This document shows positions 53,620 to 63,897 of a DNA stretch of 64,000 bases, piece after piece. The notes under the pieces are model-generated. The model saw only the letters and a program-made list of their open reading frames with translations. It ran no database searches and had not been told where the DNA came from. The stretch is taken from positions 1,178,001 through 1,242,000 of the forward strand of contig JAWMAR010000201.1 in NCBI GenBank assembly GCA_036785375.1, written 5' to 3'. Source of the DNA: Leucoraja ocellata (lineage: Eukaryota). The translations under genes and the position numbers were made by a program. Numbering within the stretch: the stretch's first letter is position 1; each line of letters opens with the position of its first letter.

Positions 53620-55330
53620 GTGCGCAGGCACTGCCCCTGTGCGCGCTGGGATAAAGTTCACTCGCCCCAGGCAGTGGTCCAAGTACGGCACAGGCCATAT
53701 AGGGGCCGCCGAGACACTAGAGACACGCTGCGTATATGTACATGCGATCGATACGGGAATCACCCCCCTCAGACCGCCACGAAAACGCGTTGGAATCAGG
53801 ATGGAGACTCCGCTACACGTCAACCAACTCAAAGGCATTAATCAAACCTCTCAACTTCTTCGCTATTGCAGGGGCACACTGAGTACCAGAGTGACCACGC
53901 AACTCAAGAGTGCAATTGAAATCCTCCGAAAGGAAGACAAACTCTGCAATTTATATTGCTCAGCAGAACAGTCACCTCCTAACAGTCACGCCTGCATCGT
54001 GCCGGTTTTGGTGGCGAACAAGTTAATGAAATGAAACGGCCCCCCATCCAGGCTCATGGCCAAATAGAGTAAACGGCCTGACACATCTTCCTGCACCTTC
54101 AGGATCTCTGGCTGGATTGTCGGGGCCAAAAGGAAGGCCCCCCATTCGAATTTGTACTGAGGTGGCTCATATAGACCCACTCCCACTCCAGGAGTCAGTA
54201 GGGTTCATCACTTACAATTGCATGCATCTCTTGCAGAAAGCTCACTGCATACTTCCCTTCTCTGAGGACTGATAGATGGTGAAATCTATGAAGCCCCCCC
54301 CCCCCCCCCCCCTTCCGCAATTTATATTTAGGCCAGCTACTGTGATCTCCGTGTTGAAGGCACATTATGGTATTTTCCTCAAGGGAGTGGGGCCCTTCTT
54401 TCTTAGAAGCTTCAAAAAGTCCCCGAACTGACGGTTCCCAAACTCGAGAAGACCACTATCCTTTACTGCGAAGAATAGCATCAAGTATCTGGATAAGTCC
54501 CGACAGGTCCAGACGCCTTTTGACAGCTAACTGGACTTTACCCCTACTGCCGTTAGATATTTTCAGAAACTACCAAATCTCTCAGATATCGGCCCCTGGA
54601 GATACAGCACATGAATCCAGGCATTCAGCCAACCTATTGACAACCGAAGCAACATCCTCCCCTTCACTACACTCAACGTCTTCGTCTGAGTTCGGACGGC
54701 TGCAGCTGGCTGCCAGCTCGCCCGTCCCACTGTGCAAGGTAGCTACACCACGCTGCCCCTCCTCCGACATGATCCCACCCCCGATCTCAGTGTCGAGGGA
54801 GGGTACCGATGCATCTGACAACGATGAGCCAGCCGGCCAGTGAATGGCCAGGCTCCTGCACTCTCCCACCGCTCCCTACAACTGGGTTTGGGAAAGAAAA
54901 ACCAAGAGGCGTCCGCAGGGCCCGCGTGCGCAAGCACTCCCGGAATCCGATTGAGGGGCACGTCACGAAGCAGCCCCGTCTCTCTCTACACCCAGGGTAC
55001 CCACTCCAACAGCATCACCCAGAGAGTCTCCAACCTCCTCCTCCAGGATAGTAACCTCACTCGGGCACACCGAAGGAGCCGTGTTTCTGGAGTATCCCCT
55101 AATTCCTCAGCCGATGGGGCAGCACATCCCTCAGCTACTCTTTTAACTCTAATGAGGAGCACAGGCTGGGAAACCACACCTCCACTCGATACTCCCCATT
55201 CGAGTTGTTCGTGCTCGTTCTCCACCCCAGGGGACACATTTCCAGGGGAGGTAACCCTAACAACTGGTGAGATAACATCCTCAGAAGGCTCCTGAAATGA
55301 AGGGACATCCTATGGCCCAGAGGACACTAG
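53620..55330 (-). mobile_element. Tx1-clade L1 LINE fragment (probable ORF1 C-terminal region plus ORF2 endonuclease)
   Basis: FLLAPTIQPEILKVQEDVSGRLLYL...FHFINLFA and RVSSVSAAPIWPVPYLDH resemble APE endonuclease motifs; frameshifted. Confidence 0.7.
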
Positions 55331-55409
55331 TCCTAGGCCAGCAATAGACAATAGGCAATCGCACTAGATAGACAAATCATATTTAACGTGCGCGCACCTT
55401 ACGTTCTAG

Positions 55410-55445
55410 ATGTGACAGAATTACGAACATCTCTGCAAATATCAG
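55410..55445 (+). CDS. 36-nt A micro-exon, (D)VTELRTSLQIS
   Basis: ccttacgttctag|...TCAG|gtacgt; an internal cag gives an in-frame 27-nt alternative. Confidence 0.85.
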
Positions 55446-55819
55446 GTACGTAAGAAGTCGTTAACGTTTGAAATATGGCATTGGGTGCGCCAAACAAATA
55501 TTGTGTACATCAGTCCCATTGTTTTGGATTTAATGGGCATATTTCTTGAGAACACTCACTTCGCTGCTGAGTTTTTGAAAGCCGAAACATATAGGTATAA
55601 TATCTGATAACATACCCTCCAATGAAATGTAAGAAAATGTTGGGTATACCATGCAGAGATGTGCCAAGAGTGAAGTCAAATTTGATGCTTGCCAATACTA
55701 CTGCCATATTTTGTGTTTTAAATTAAATCCAAACATGCTACCATTAAATGTTGGCTTAATATTGATAGTTCCTGTTTACAATTGCAAGATAAATAAATAA
55801 ATACAAATTGTGATAATAA

Positions 55820-56740
55820 CTCCCTCAACTGCCTCCTCGGGCAGATCACTCTACATACACAACGTTATCGAATGTAAAAGTTGAATAATTCTACTCTCAT
55901 CTAAAATCGGTGTCCTCTGGTTCGCCTTTCCCTACACTGGGTGTATTTGTATATTGTGGTTGTGTGTATTTACCCAATCTATTCCCCTCATGTCCTTATG
56001 CAACTCTATAGGACCACCCCCCTCGTCCTCTAATGTTCCACCAAATAAAGTCCTAGACGGCTCACTTCTCCATATAACGCACGCTCTCGATTCCTGGTAA
56101 TATCCAGGTAAATCTGCTTTGCACCTATTCCAGCTTAACACCATCTTTCCGACAGCATGATAAGCAATAAGGAGCACAATACTTCTAATGTGACCTCACC
56201 AATGTTCCTTACAACTGCAATATCAATTTCCAATTACTGTACGCATACCAGCTCGATGAACATAAGCCATTTTGACTACCCTATCTTTCAAGGACCAGTG
56301 CATCTGCATTCCTCGATTCCCTGCTCGACAAGACTCCCCAGAACACGTCAATTCAATGTTAAGTTCGTGCCCTGACTTTACTTTCGAAAATCTAACAGCA
56401 CGCACATCCGTATTACATTCAATTAACCGGTCCCATGTCCATCTGCCCAACTGATCAAGATCCTGCTGCAGATTTTGATTACTATCTACGCTATGTAGGA
56501 TGCCACTCCCTTTCTTGTGCACAGCAAACTTACTATTCCCCATCCAAATTGTTGATATAAACCACACATAGCCAAGAGGCCAGCACTGATCCCTGAGGCA
56601 CAGCGCTAGTCACAGGCTTTCAGTCTGAAAATAACCTTCCACCATCAACCTCTGCTTTCTTCCATGAGCCAAACCAGTCGGCCAGCTCTTCCTGCATCCC
56701 TTGCGATCTAACCTCCCAGAGCGACCTCCCAAGCGAAAGT
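55820..56740 (-). mobile_element. Old CR1 RT / C-terminal fragment
   Basis: SKFA...QNLQQDLDQLGRWTWDRLIECN; gtgcctcagggatcagtgctgg (VPQGSVL) on -. Confidence 0.75.
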
Positions 56741-56977
56741 TATCAATTTCTGAAGCACATAATATTTCGTGTTTATCGTTTAATTTCATTTAGAGCGTCA
56801 CAGTTGCGACATATTAGGATTATTGCCATTCACAATGGTCCACTCACGTTCGACAACTTTGACAATGCCATAAAATCACCTTTCCTTATTTGGGGATTAC
56901 AAACGTTCGTACCGTTGACATTGTACTTGGAAACAAATGACGATACGTTACTTGCAAAATGTCATTGCGATTTTCAG

Positions 56978-57004
56978 AAGAGAAGCTGAAGCGCTGTCTG
57001 GAAG
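56978..57004 (+). CDS. 27-nt B micro-exon, (E)EKLKRCLE
   Basis: gcgattttcag|...GAAG|gtatgt. Confidence 0.9.
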
Positions 57005-57018
57005 GTATGTCTTGAAGA

Positions 57019-57400
57019 TCAAAACAATTTCGTATGTTTGTTTTGCGAGGTTGAAAAATTGTAAAAAACCGCGCGTGCGCAGATCGATCTCCTCGCCTGC
57101 CAGTCAGAGGCGCGCGGATTAGAGAGATAGGAGGGAGGTAGGGAAGGGAGAGGATTTATGGAGGAAGGGAGTGACTGAGGGTAGGGGAAAGGTGAGGGAG
57201 AGAGAGGTGAGGGAGGCATTGGGGAGGGGAGGAGGAGAGTGGAAAGAAGAGGGAGGGTGAAGAGGAGGGGGAGAGTGCTAGGAATGAGGGCAAATGAGGT
57301 GCGGCGGTGAAGTTAAGGGCCATGGGTGAGTGATGGAATATTGCGTTGGGGGTCCAAGCCTACTGTGTGACAGGGACTCAACGGGTCCCACTTAGTCTAG
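57019..57400 (+). mobile_element. Putative short non-autonomous Helitron
   Basis: 3' end GGGAC-tcaacgg-GTCCC hairpin then acttagtCTAG|T; GA-rich interior; 5' A|TC boundary tentative. Confidence 0.6.
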
Positions 57401-57504
57401 TGTTACCCTTTTACTTTGTCAAACTTTGCGTATATTTTAAGTGACCGCGCTTATTTGTTCCTTTTTTATTAATTGTTTTATGCAATTATTATTGTTCTTA
57501 TTAG

Positions 57505-57546
57505 AGTCAAGTTTTAAGCAGTCTGAGCAAGATAACGATCTCTGGG
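57505..57546 (+). CDS. 42-nt C-position micro-exon, (E)SSFKQSEQDNDLW
   Basis: attgttcttattag|...TGGG|gtaaaa. Confidence 0.65.
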
Positions 57547-58724
57547 GTAAAATCTGTCCATCTTATCAACTGTATTTATGCCACAAGCCGCGTCGTTTTT
57601 GAACCTATAGCATATTTTGTATCTGTTGAACCAAGAGAATAATTTACTTAAATCTGCCAATAAACATGTTATGTTGTTCTTTCTCATTAAAATAACTTGT
57701 ACTTTTGAGTTATCTACATTGACAACAAATTGGCAGCGAATGACTTACCAAACTTGACAAATACATCTCTCATTACCAGCACATCTCTCATTACCCTCAT
57801 AATTTCCAGCTTCGTTTTCTGTCTATAACTGCATCTGCTATGCAAGGTCAGTACAGACAATAACTTATATTGCGGCATGACACGCATCTTATATTAGAGC
57901 TTCATTCAATATTTTCCAGATTAGTTGGCACATCGAATCACTTCTATTCATTTCTACTTAACATGTGAACGTCCCATCCTCTGCGTATCAATCTGAATAT
58001 TATAGCCTCAACTGTAATCAGTCTGAATATTTACACACTCAATAATGTCCATAGGCTTTGTTCATTAATGAGGTATAATGGAAACTACGAGCACCACAAG
58101 TGAAGTGCTATGAGCAAGCATGCTTCATCTGTACGGATAATCTCTTATGATAGTTTGTGTATTGCTATCTATTATTCAAAACATATATTTTTGTTTACTC
58201 TCTTCCATTGTAATTTTTCTGTCATACAATGCACAATGCATGATACAGAATCCATTGGATATTCTTAGTCCGGTTTAAACAGAATTGTAAAAACGCGCTC
58301 TGATGAAACGTCCTCTCAAGGCCCCCCTCGCTATGCCGACCAATCTGTCTATAACTGTCCCGAATGAGACTCGTATGACTATGTACAATTTCTACGCGCC
58401 TCTTTAACTTGTAGCCCTCTGTAAGGTTACTGCTCAGCCACCTACGTTCCAAAACACCTTACTCAATCGAATCTCTCCTTATAACAGCGACCCTCAATTC
58501 TTGAAAGAACCGTATCGAATCTTTTGAGCAGTTTCCCTCTCACTACGACTCCATGACTTGGCGAGTCAAAAGTATGCAAAATATCTCAAAACTCTATCGA
58601 CATATTTATGAATTAAGTAATAAAAAGATCCTTAATTACAAAACCTTTAAGGAGCCAAATGCCTGAACAACAAATATTATTATAACTATTTTTAGAACAG
58701 GGAATGTTGTCTTGTTTTATATAG

Positions 58725-58751
58725 AAATCAAACAAAGAAGATGTAAGAGAG
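58725..58751 (+). CDS. 27-nt B micro-exon, (E)IKQRRCKR
   Basis: cttgttttatatag|...AGAG|gtgagt. Confidence 0.88.
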
Positions 58752-58852
58752 GTGAGTGTACACATCGTTGATGTTAATTCAAAACATTGTACCATCCCAT
58801 TATGACGGAAAATCCGATTTATTTTGGGTATTTTACAATTTTATATGTATAG

Positions 58853-58879
58853 AATTAAAGGAGGGCCCACGTGGAGAAG
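58853..58879 (+). CDS. 27-nt C micro-exon, (E)LKEGPRGE
   Basis: ttttatatgtatag|...GAAG|gtaaga. Confidence 0.88.
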
Positions 58880-60612
58880 GTAAGATTGCGCGTTATTTAT
58901 TCATATCTTTAGTCTCTCCGAGCCAGTCAGAAAATGGGAGCATGATGGCCATCTATTACTGACATCGAAAAGACTTGAACGCTGCAGTTCTGAAAATGTA
59001 CTGCTTGAATTGCATTAATTAGGATGTCGCTATATTTAGATCCATCGTTAGACGCAAGCAAAAGAGTAAGATGAACGTACATATTTAAAAAAAAACCGTA
59101 CATATTCCAAACATTCACCTTTTCCGCAAATTGCCTTTGCCCCGAGAGAGCGACCAGCGCTTTTCAGAGGCGGGCCGCACTACATGGCGTGTAGAGAAGC
59201 GAAGTTGGACAGGTTTCCGAAGCAGCAATCCAGCTTCCACATCTATCATTCGATGGAAACACTGTTGTATCCATTGCAGGACATGAGCAGTTTTAGAAGT
59301 CTTATTTATTTCTTATTGTTGCTTTCTATTGATGCATTCCATCTCTTGAAATGAGAAAAAATCGTTGAAAATCCTTCACCTTTTAACTATAAATGGCAGG
59401 TGGTAGGAATAGCTACGGGGTATTTGGCTGTCCGTAATTATGTGCCTTTCAAATCAATCTTAGCTGATGACTATGATTCCAGTGGTTATCTCTTGCTTGT
59501 AATCTCTATGGACCCACAGCGGTTGATACATTTTCTTTATCTCAGTTCCTAGAAATACCAATATAATTGTAAACAAAATGCCTGTTACGAGAAGAAAATT
59601 CTGCGGAACAATGCTTTAAGGACACTCAATGTTTTGTGCTATGATTCATTACACATTTTGATTTCGGTTCATGATTTAAAAAAAAATCATAATGTAAAGG
59701 TGTGAACATTAACCTGATATTAATTTGATGTTTTAAAATATCTATTTCACTGATGTCCTTAGCACTGCAATTGGCGTTGCTCCTGCGTTGCGAGGAAACT
59801 TAACAAAACTTAACAAAGCATATTCCAGAATTATGTTCAAATACCAAGTAAGAATTAGCACCCTGCTGGAAGAAACACTGTACTGTCAGCTCAATCTAGC
59901 GCTATTATCCTTATTTTACATCAGACAAACTCAGCATATCCAAAACCAACGATTGGGATGTTATGAACATTCTTCTTCTTTCCACAGCGAATGCTGCTGA
60001 TGATAATATAATTATTGACTGTCAATTTCTACATGGGAATCTATTTGGTGTCACTACATTATAGATGCGCCGTGAGTTCATCGATATATCAGTGAATTAT
60101 CTAAGTGATATTAGAAACCGCTATTAATACAATGCAAACAAAGTTTGATTGGCATTGGTGTTGTTATTGTTGGTGTAATTATTGCTGCTGTTATTGTTAA
60201 TTTTTGTTATTGGTCCACAATTATTACGCAAATTAACGGAGGACAGGCCGTGCGCTATTTTTTTGTCATTGTAGTTTTTAAATAATTATTGTGTTTATTA
60301 TTGTTATCATCACAACCATCCTTATTATTGATATCGTTGCTGTTGTTGTTGTCACCATATGTTATGAATATTTCTCTTCTACAATCAAAGCTCAAATATG
60401 ATTGAGAAATATTCTAAATATTGTTACATCCGGCCATAGCAATCAACGTATTGCAGGTGCACTGATCATCAAAATTGCAATGCACCAGGAATTTTTAAGT
60501 ACGGACATTTAACAACCATGTCTTTATTAATAAACAGCAGTTGCATTTGTGAGCAAAATAACGACAATGCATGACTAATAGTGAAACATCAATTATTCAT
60601 TTATTTCCGAAG

Positions 60613-60639
60613 AAAATAAACTCAGGCGCCTTCCGAAAG
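60613..60639 (+). CDS. 27-nt B micro-exon, (E)NKLRRLPK
   Basis: tttatttccgaag|...AAAG|gtagac. Confidence 0.82.
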
Positions 60640-60760
60640 GTAGACATTTACTGATTTTACTTAATATTTGGTCAATTAGAAACATTTATGTGCGCTGCAT
60701 ATATCACTGAATAATCACATGTTTAAGTTCAAATTTGTACTCTGTCTGTATTTAAACTAG

Positions 60761-60787
60761 ACCCCAGGGACAAGACTGCTGACAGTG
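60761..60787 (+). CDS. 27-nt C micro-exon, (D)PRDKTADS
   Basis: tctgtatttaaactag|...AGTG|gtaagt. Confidence 0.85.
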
Positions 60788-61993
60788 GTAAGTATACAAT
60801 TACGCTCAGGTTTATCTTTTCCTCTCTTGAACCGCGATTTGGACGTGTTTTATTTGAAATACGTGAGCAAATCTATGATCAAATATAGACCAAGGTAAAG
60901 GAAACATTGCATAAGTTGTGAAGATGCTCGGAACCTGAAAGTCAACAGTATATTTAATACATAGAGATGTTCTTAGTTGGCGATATCTGACCAGAATTGT
61001 GTGAGGCGACAGCCAAAGTAGATAAGGATTTAATTTATTCTCTCAAATTCTATATCGGAAATACGCGATGTCGAACTCAAATGGAGATTCTAGCTAAGTT
61101 GATGTATTTCGATGATTTTGTAATTGTCTTCAGTGATGGTCTATGAAAGCAGTTAGTATTGTCGTAACTGCTCACATACAAAGCCCATTCGGCAAATTAC
61201 GAGTGCATATTGCCAGTCCATCATTTGTGGTCTGTTCACTGATATATACGTCTTCGTTGCTGTGGAAGAGATTATCCGGTCAATATTTGTGAAACATGTG
61301 CATCATTACGCGATCGCGGTGAAAATACCTCCTTTTACTGATATAGTACTTCAGGCTAATGTGCTCCTGTATTGCTCTTCGCTGTTTATCTATGTGCATT
61401 CCGTGAGTATTCAAATGGCAACATCATCACCTCTCATGATATTGGGTGACGTGCAGGATGATTTGCATGTCGTGGAATGACAGTGCTTGTATTGCCCTCA
61501 TTCACCATGATAATATCCTATGTAGTTTTAGTCTATCAATGTTACCAGAGCGAATCATAGGGACACATTTTAGATTGCGAGCTATCTAATAAAACGAGAA
61601 AATACTATTCACGAATGGTATCACTCCAATTAAAAAAAAAAAACAGCACGTATAGGGAGCGAAGAATATCAGAATGAAGAATGTAACGTCTTCTGCATTT
61701 TGTCGTAACAATTCCAGCGAAAAGGCCCAATTACCCCCCAACGAAATAGCTTGGAATATCTGGCCACTACCCCGGTGTATGGAAGATTTGTTCACGTCTA
61801 ATAGCAGAGGGAAATACGCTGTTCTTGTGTCTCGTGTTATGTACTTCCAACCTTCTGTTTCTCCCGTCCGACCGGATCGACAAAGTTCCTTGGTTATTTT
61901 CTTTGTTTTTCCATGGTAGCGAACTATAGATGGGGTAAATCGAGGGATGTGATGGATTGGGTTATATCTTCAAATCTCTGCATTATTTTGCAG

Positions 61994-62028
61994 ATTTGGG
62001 AAGAGCTGTGTCCAAACAAAGGACACAG
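61994..62028 (+). pseudogene. Dead A-type micro-exon, (D)LGRAVSKQ..DT; 35 nt with no donor, abutting a CR1 insertion
   Basis: cattattttgcag| acceptor; ends GACACAG like other A exons but is followed by ctctt and then CR1 sequence. Confidence 0.55.
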
Positions 62029-62029
62029 C

Positions 62030-63068
62030 TCTTGAGGTAGTAATGGGGCATTTGGATAGCAGTTAAAGGATTAGTCCAAGTCAGCATTGATTTATGAAAG
62101 GACAATCATGCTTGACTAATCTTCTGGAAGTTTTTGAGGATGTGACAAGTAAAACGGGTGAAGGGGAGCCAGTGGATGTAGTGCATCTAGACTTTCAGAA
62201 AGCCTTTGATAAGGTCCCGCACGGGAGACTGGTGACTAATTCCCGCTTCCAAATTATTAATATATATAGTTGCGGCCCCAACACTCGCCACTGCCTGCCA
62301 TTCTGAAAAGGACCCGTTCACTTCTACTCTTTGGTTCCGGTCTGCCAACCAATTTTCTACCCATGTCAACATCCTACCCCAATACCATGTGCTCTAATTT
62401 TAGTCACCAGTCTTCCGTGCGGGACCTAAAGACTTTCTGAAAGTATAGATACACTACATCCACTGGCACCACTTCATCCATTTTACTTGTCACATCCTCA
62501 AAATATTTCAGAGGATTAGTCAAGCATGATTTCCCTTTCATAAATCCATGTTGACTTGGACTAATCCTTTACTACTATCCAAATGCCCCATTATTACCTC
62601 TATAATAATTGACTCCAGCATCTTTCCCACCACCGAAGACAGGCTAATTGGTCTGTAATTCCCCGTTTTCTCTCTCGCTCCTTTCTTGTAAAGTGGGATA
62701 ACACTAGCTATCCTCCAATCCACAGGAACTGACCCTGAATCTATTGAACATTCGAAAATTACCACCAATATGTCCACTATTTCTAGAGCCACCTCCCTGA
62801 GGACCGTGGGATGCATACCTTCAGGTCCAGGGGATTTATCATCCTTCGGTCCCATTAGCGTACCCAATACTATTTCTCGCCTAATGAAAATTTATTTGTT
62901 CCTCTACCCCCTTAGATCCCCTGTCCTCCAGTACATCTGGGAGATTGTTTGAGTCTTCCTTAGTGAAGACAGATCCGAAGTACCTATTCAACTCTTCTTC
63001 CATTTCCTTGTTGCCCATAATAATTTCACCTGTGTCTGCCTTCAAGGGACCCACATTTGACTTTGCGG
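62030..63068. mobile_element. CR1 RT fragment (-) with an inverted duplicate (+) at its left end
   Basis: KGQSCLTNLLEVFEDVT...VDVVHLDFQKAFDKVPH on +; DKSPGPEGMHP...DWRIASVIPLYKKG..GNYRPISL on -. Confidence 0.9.
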
Positions 63069-63271
63069 GTCTGAAATGGCTATATCCGTGCAATATCACT
63101 CCATGGGTCAATGTGGACCGTATAACTTATACAGGGCGAAAATGGTTTGCTCAGTTTCTTGTCAGTTAAACATATGACGTCATCTCACCTTTTGTTCATT
63201 GATCTGCGCATTGTAAGAACATCTGAAAGGCCTGTAAATCAGTGTTAATGTATCCATTAATTTTTTTGCAG

Positions 63272-63307
63272 CCGTTGCGAAATTAATGCAAGAACTGGAA
63301 GACACAG
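63272..63307 (+). CDS. 36-nt A micro-exon, (A)VAKLMQELEDT
   Basis: tttttttgcag|...ACAG|gtgacg. Confidence 0.88.
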
Positions 63308-63773
63308 GTGACGTGTTTAGTTTTGATAGGCACGACTGATTCACCTTGGCTCACAGCCCCCCTACCCCCCCCCCCCCACATTTTCCGTTTAGCTAAACCC
63401 CTCATCGATGTGTAACCTCAGAGATGTTCACATATGCATTGTTTTAATTAGCATTGACGATGGAAAACAACTATCTTAATTTACAAAAGTTAATTATGCG
63501 TATACTTCTCATGTAGGGAACAGACATATTACACCAAAACAACTACAATTAAATGCATTTGTTGTTAATTTGAATTGTGCTGTTCATCAACTGAATAGAA
63601 ATAATTGGTGATTATCGATCAGAATCATTGAGTGAATATTTCCCAATTATTAGTCACTTGTTAAGATTATTATATGATTGAACATAGTTCGGTATATATG
63701 AGGTATTTTCAAATGCAAACAATATTTCTTATTTTTTATGTATCATTGATCATTATATTTTTATTATTTGTAG

Positions 63774-63799
63774 AAGGGCGCTAAAGCAGTGTGCGAAAG
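63774..63799 (+). pseudogene. 26-nt B-type micro-exon with 1-nt deletion (repairs to E-G-x-LKQCAK)
   Basis: ttattatttgtag|AAGGGCGCTAAAGCAGTGTGCGAAAG|gtcaat; in-frame TAA as written; 98 nt before the C exon. Confidence 0.65.
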
Positions 63800-63897
63800 G
63801 TCAATTTGCGTTTTACATTTTTGCGTCTTGTGGAATGCCTTTCATTTCGCAATTCCTGTGCTTATGACCCAATAATCCTCCTATATTCCGCACACAG

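Noticed and set aside
59168-59212. Open phase-1 stretch after ttttcag (36 nt to gttgga or 45 nt to gtttcc) where an A exon is expected
   Set aside because: Weak donors and the peptide EAGRTTWRVEKR lacks the A consensus.
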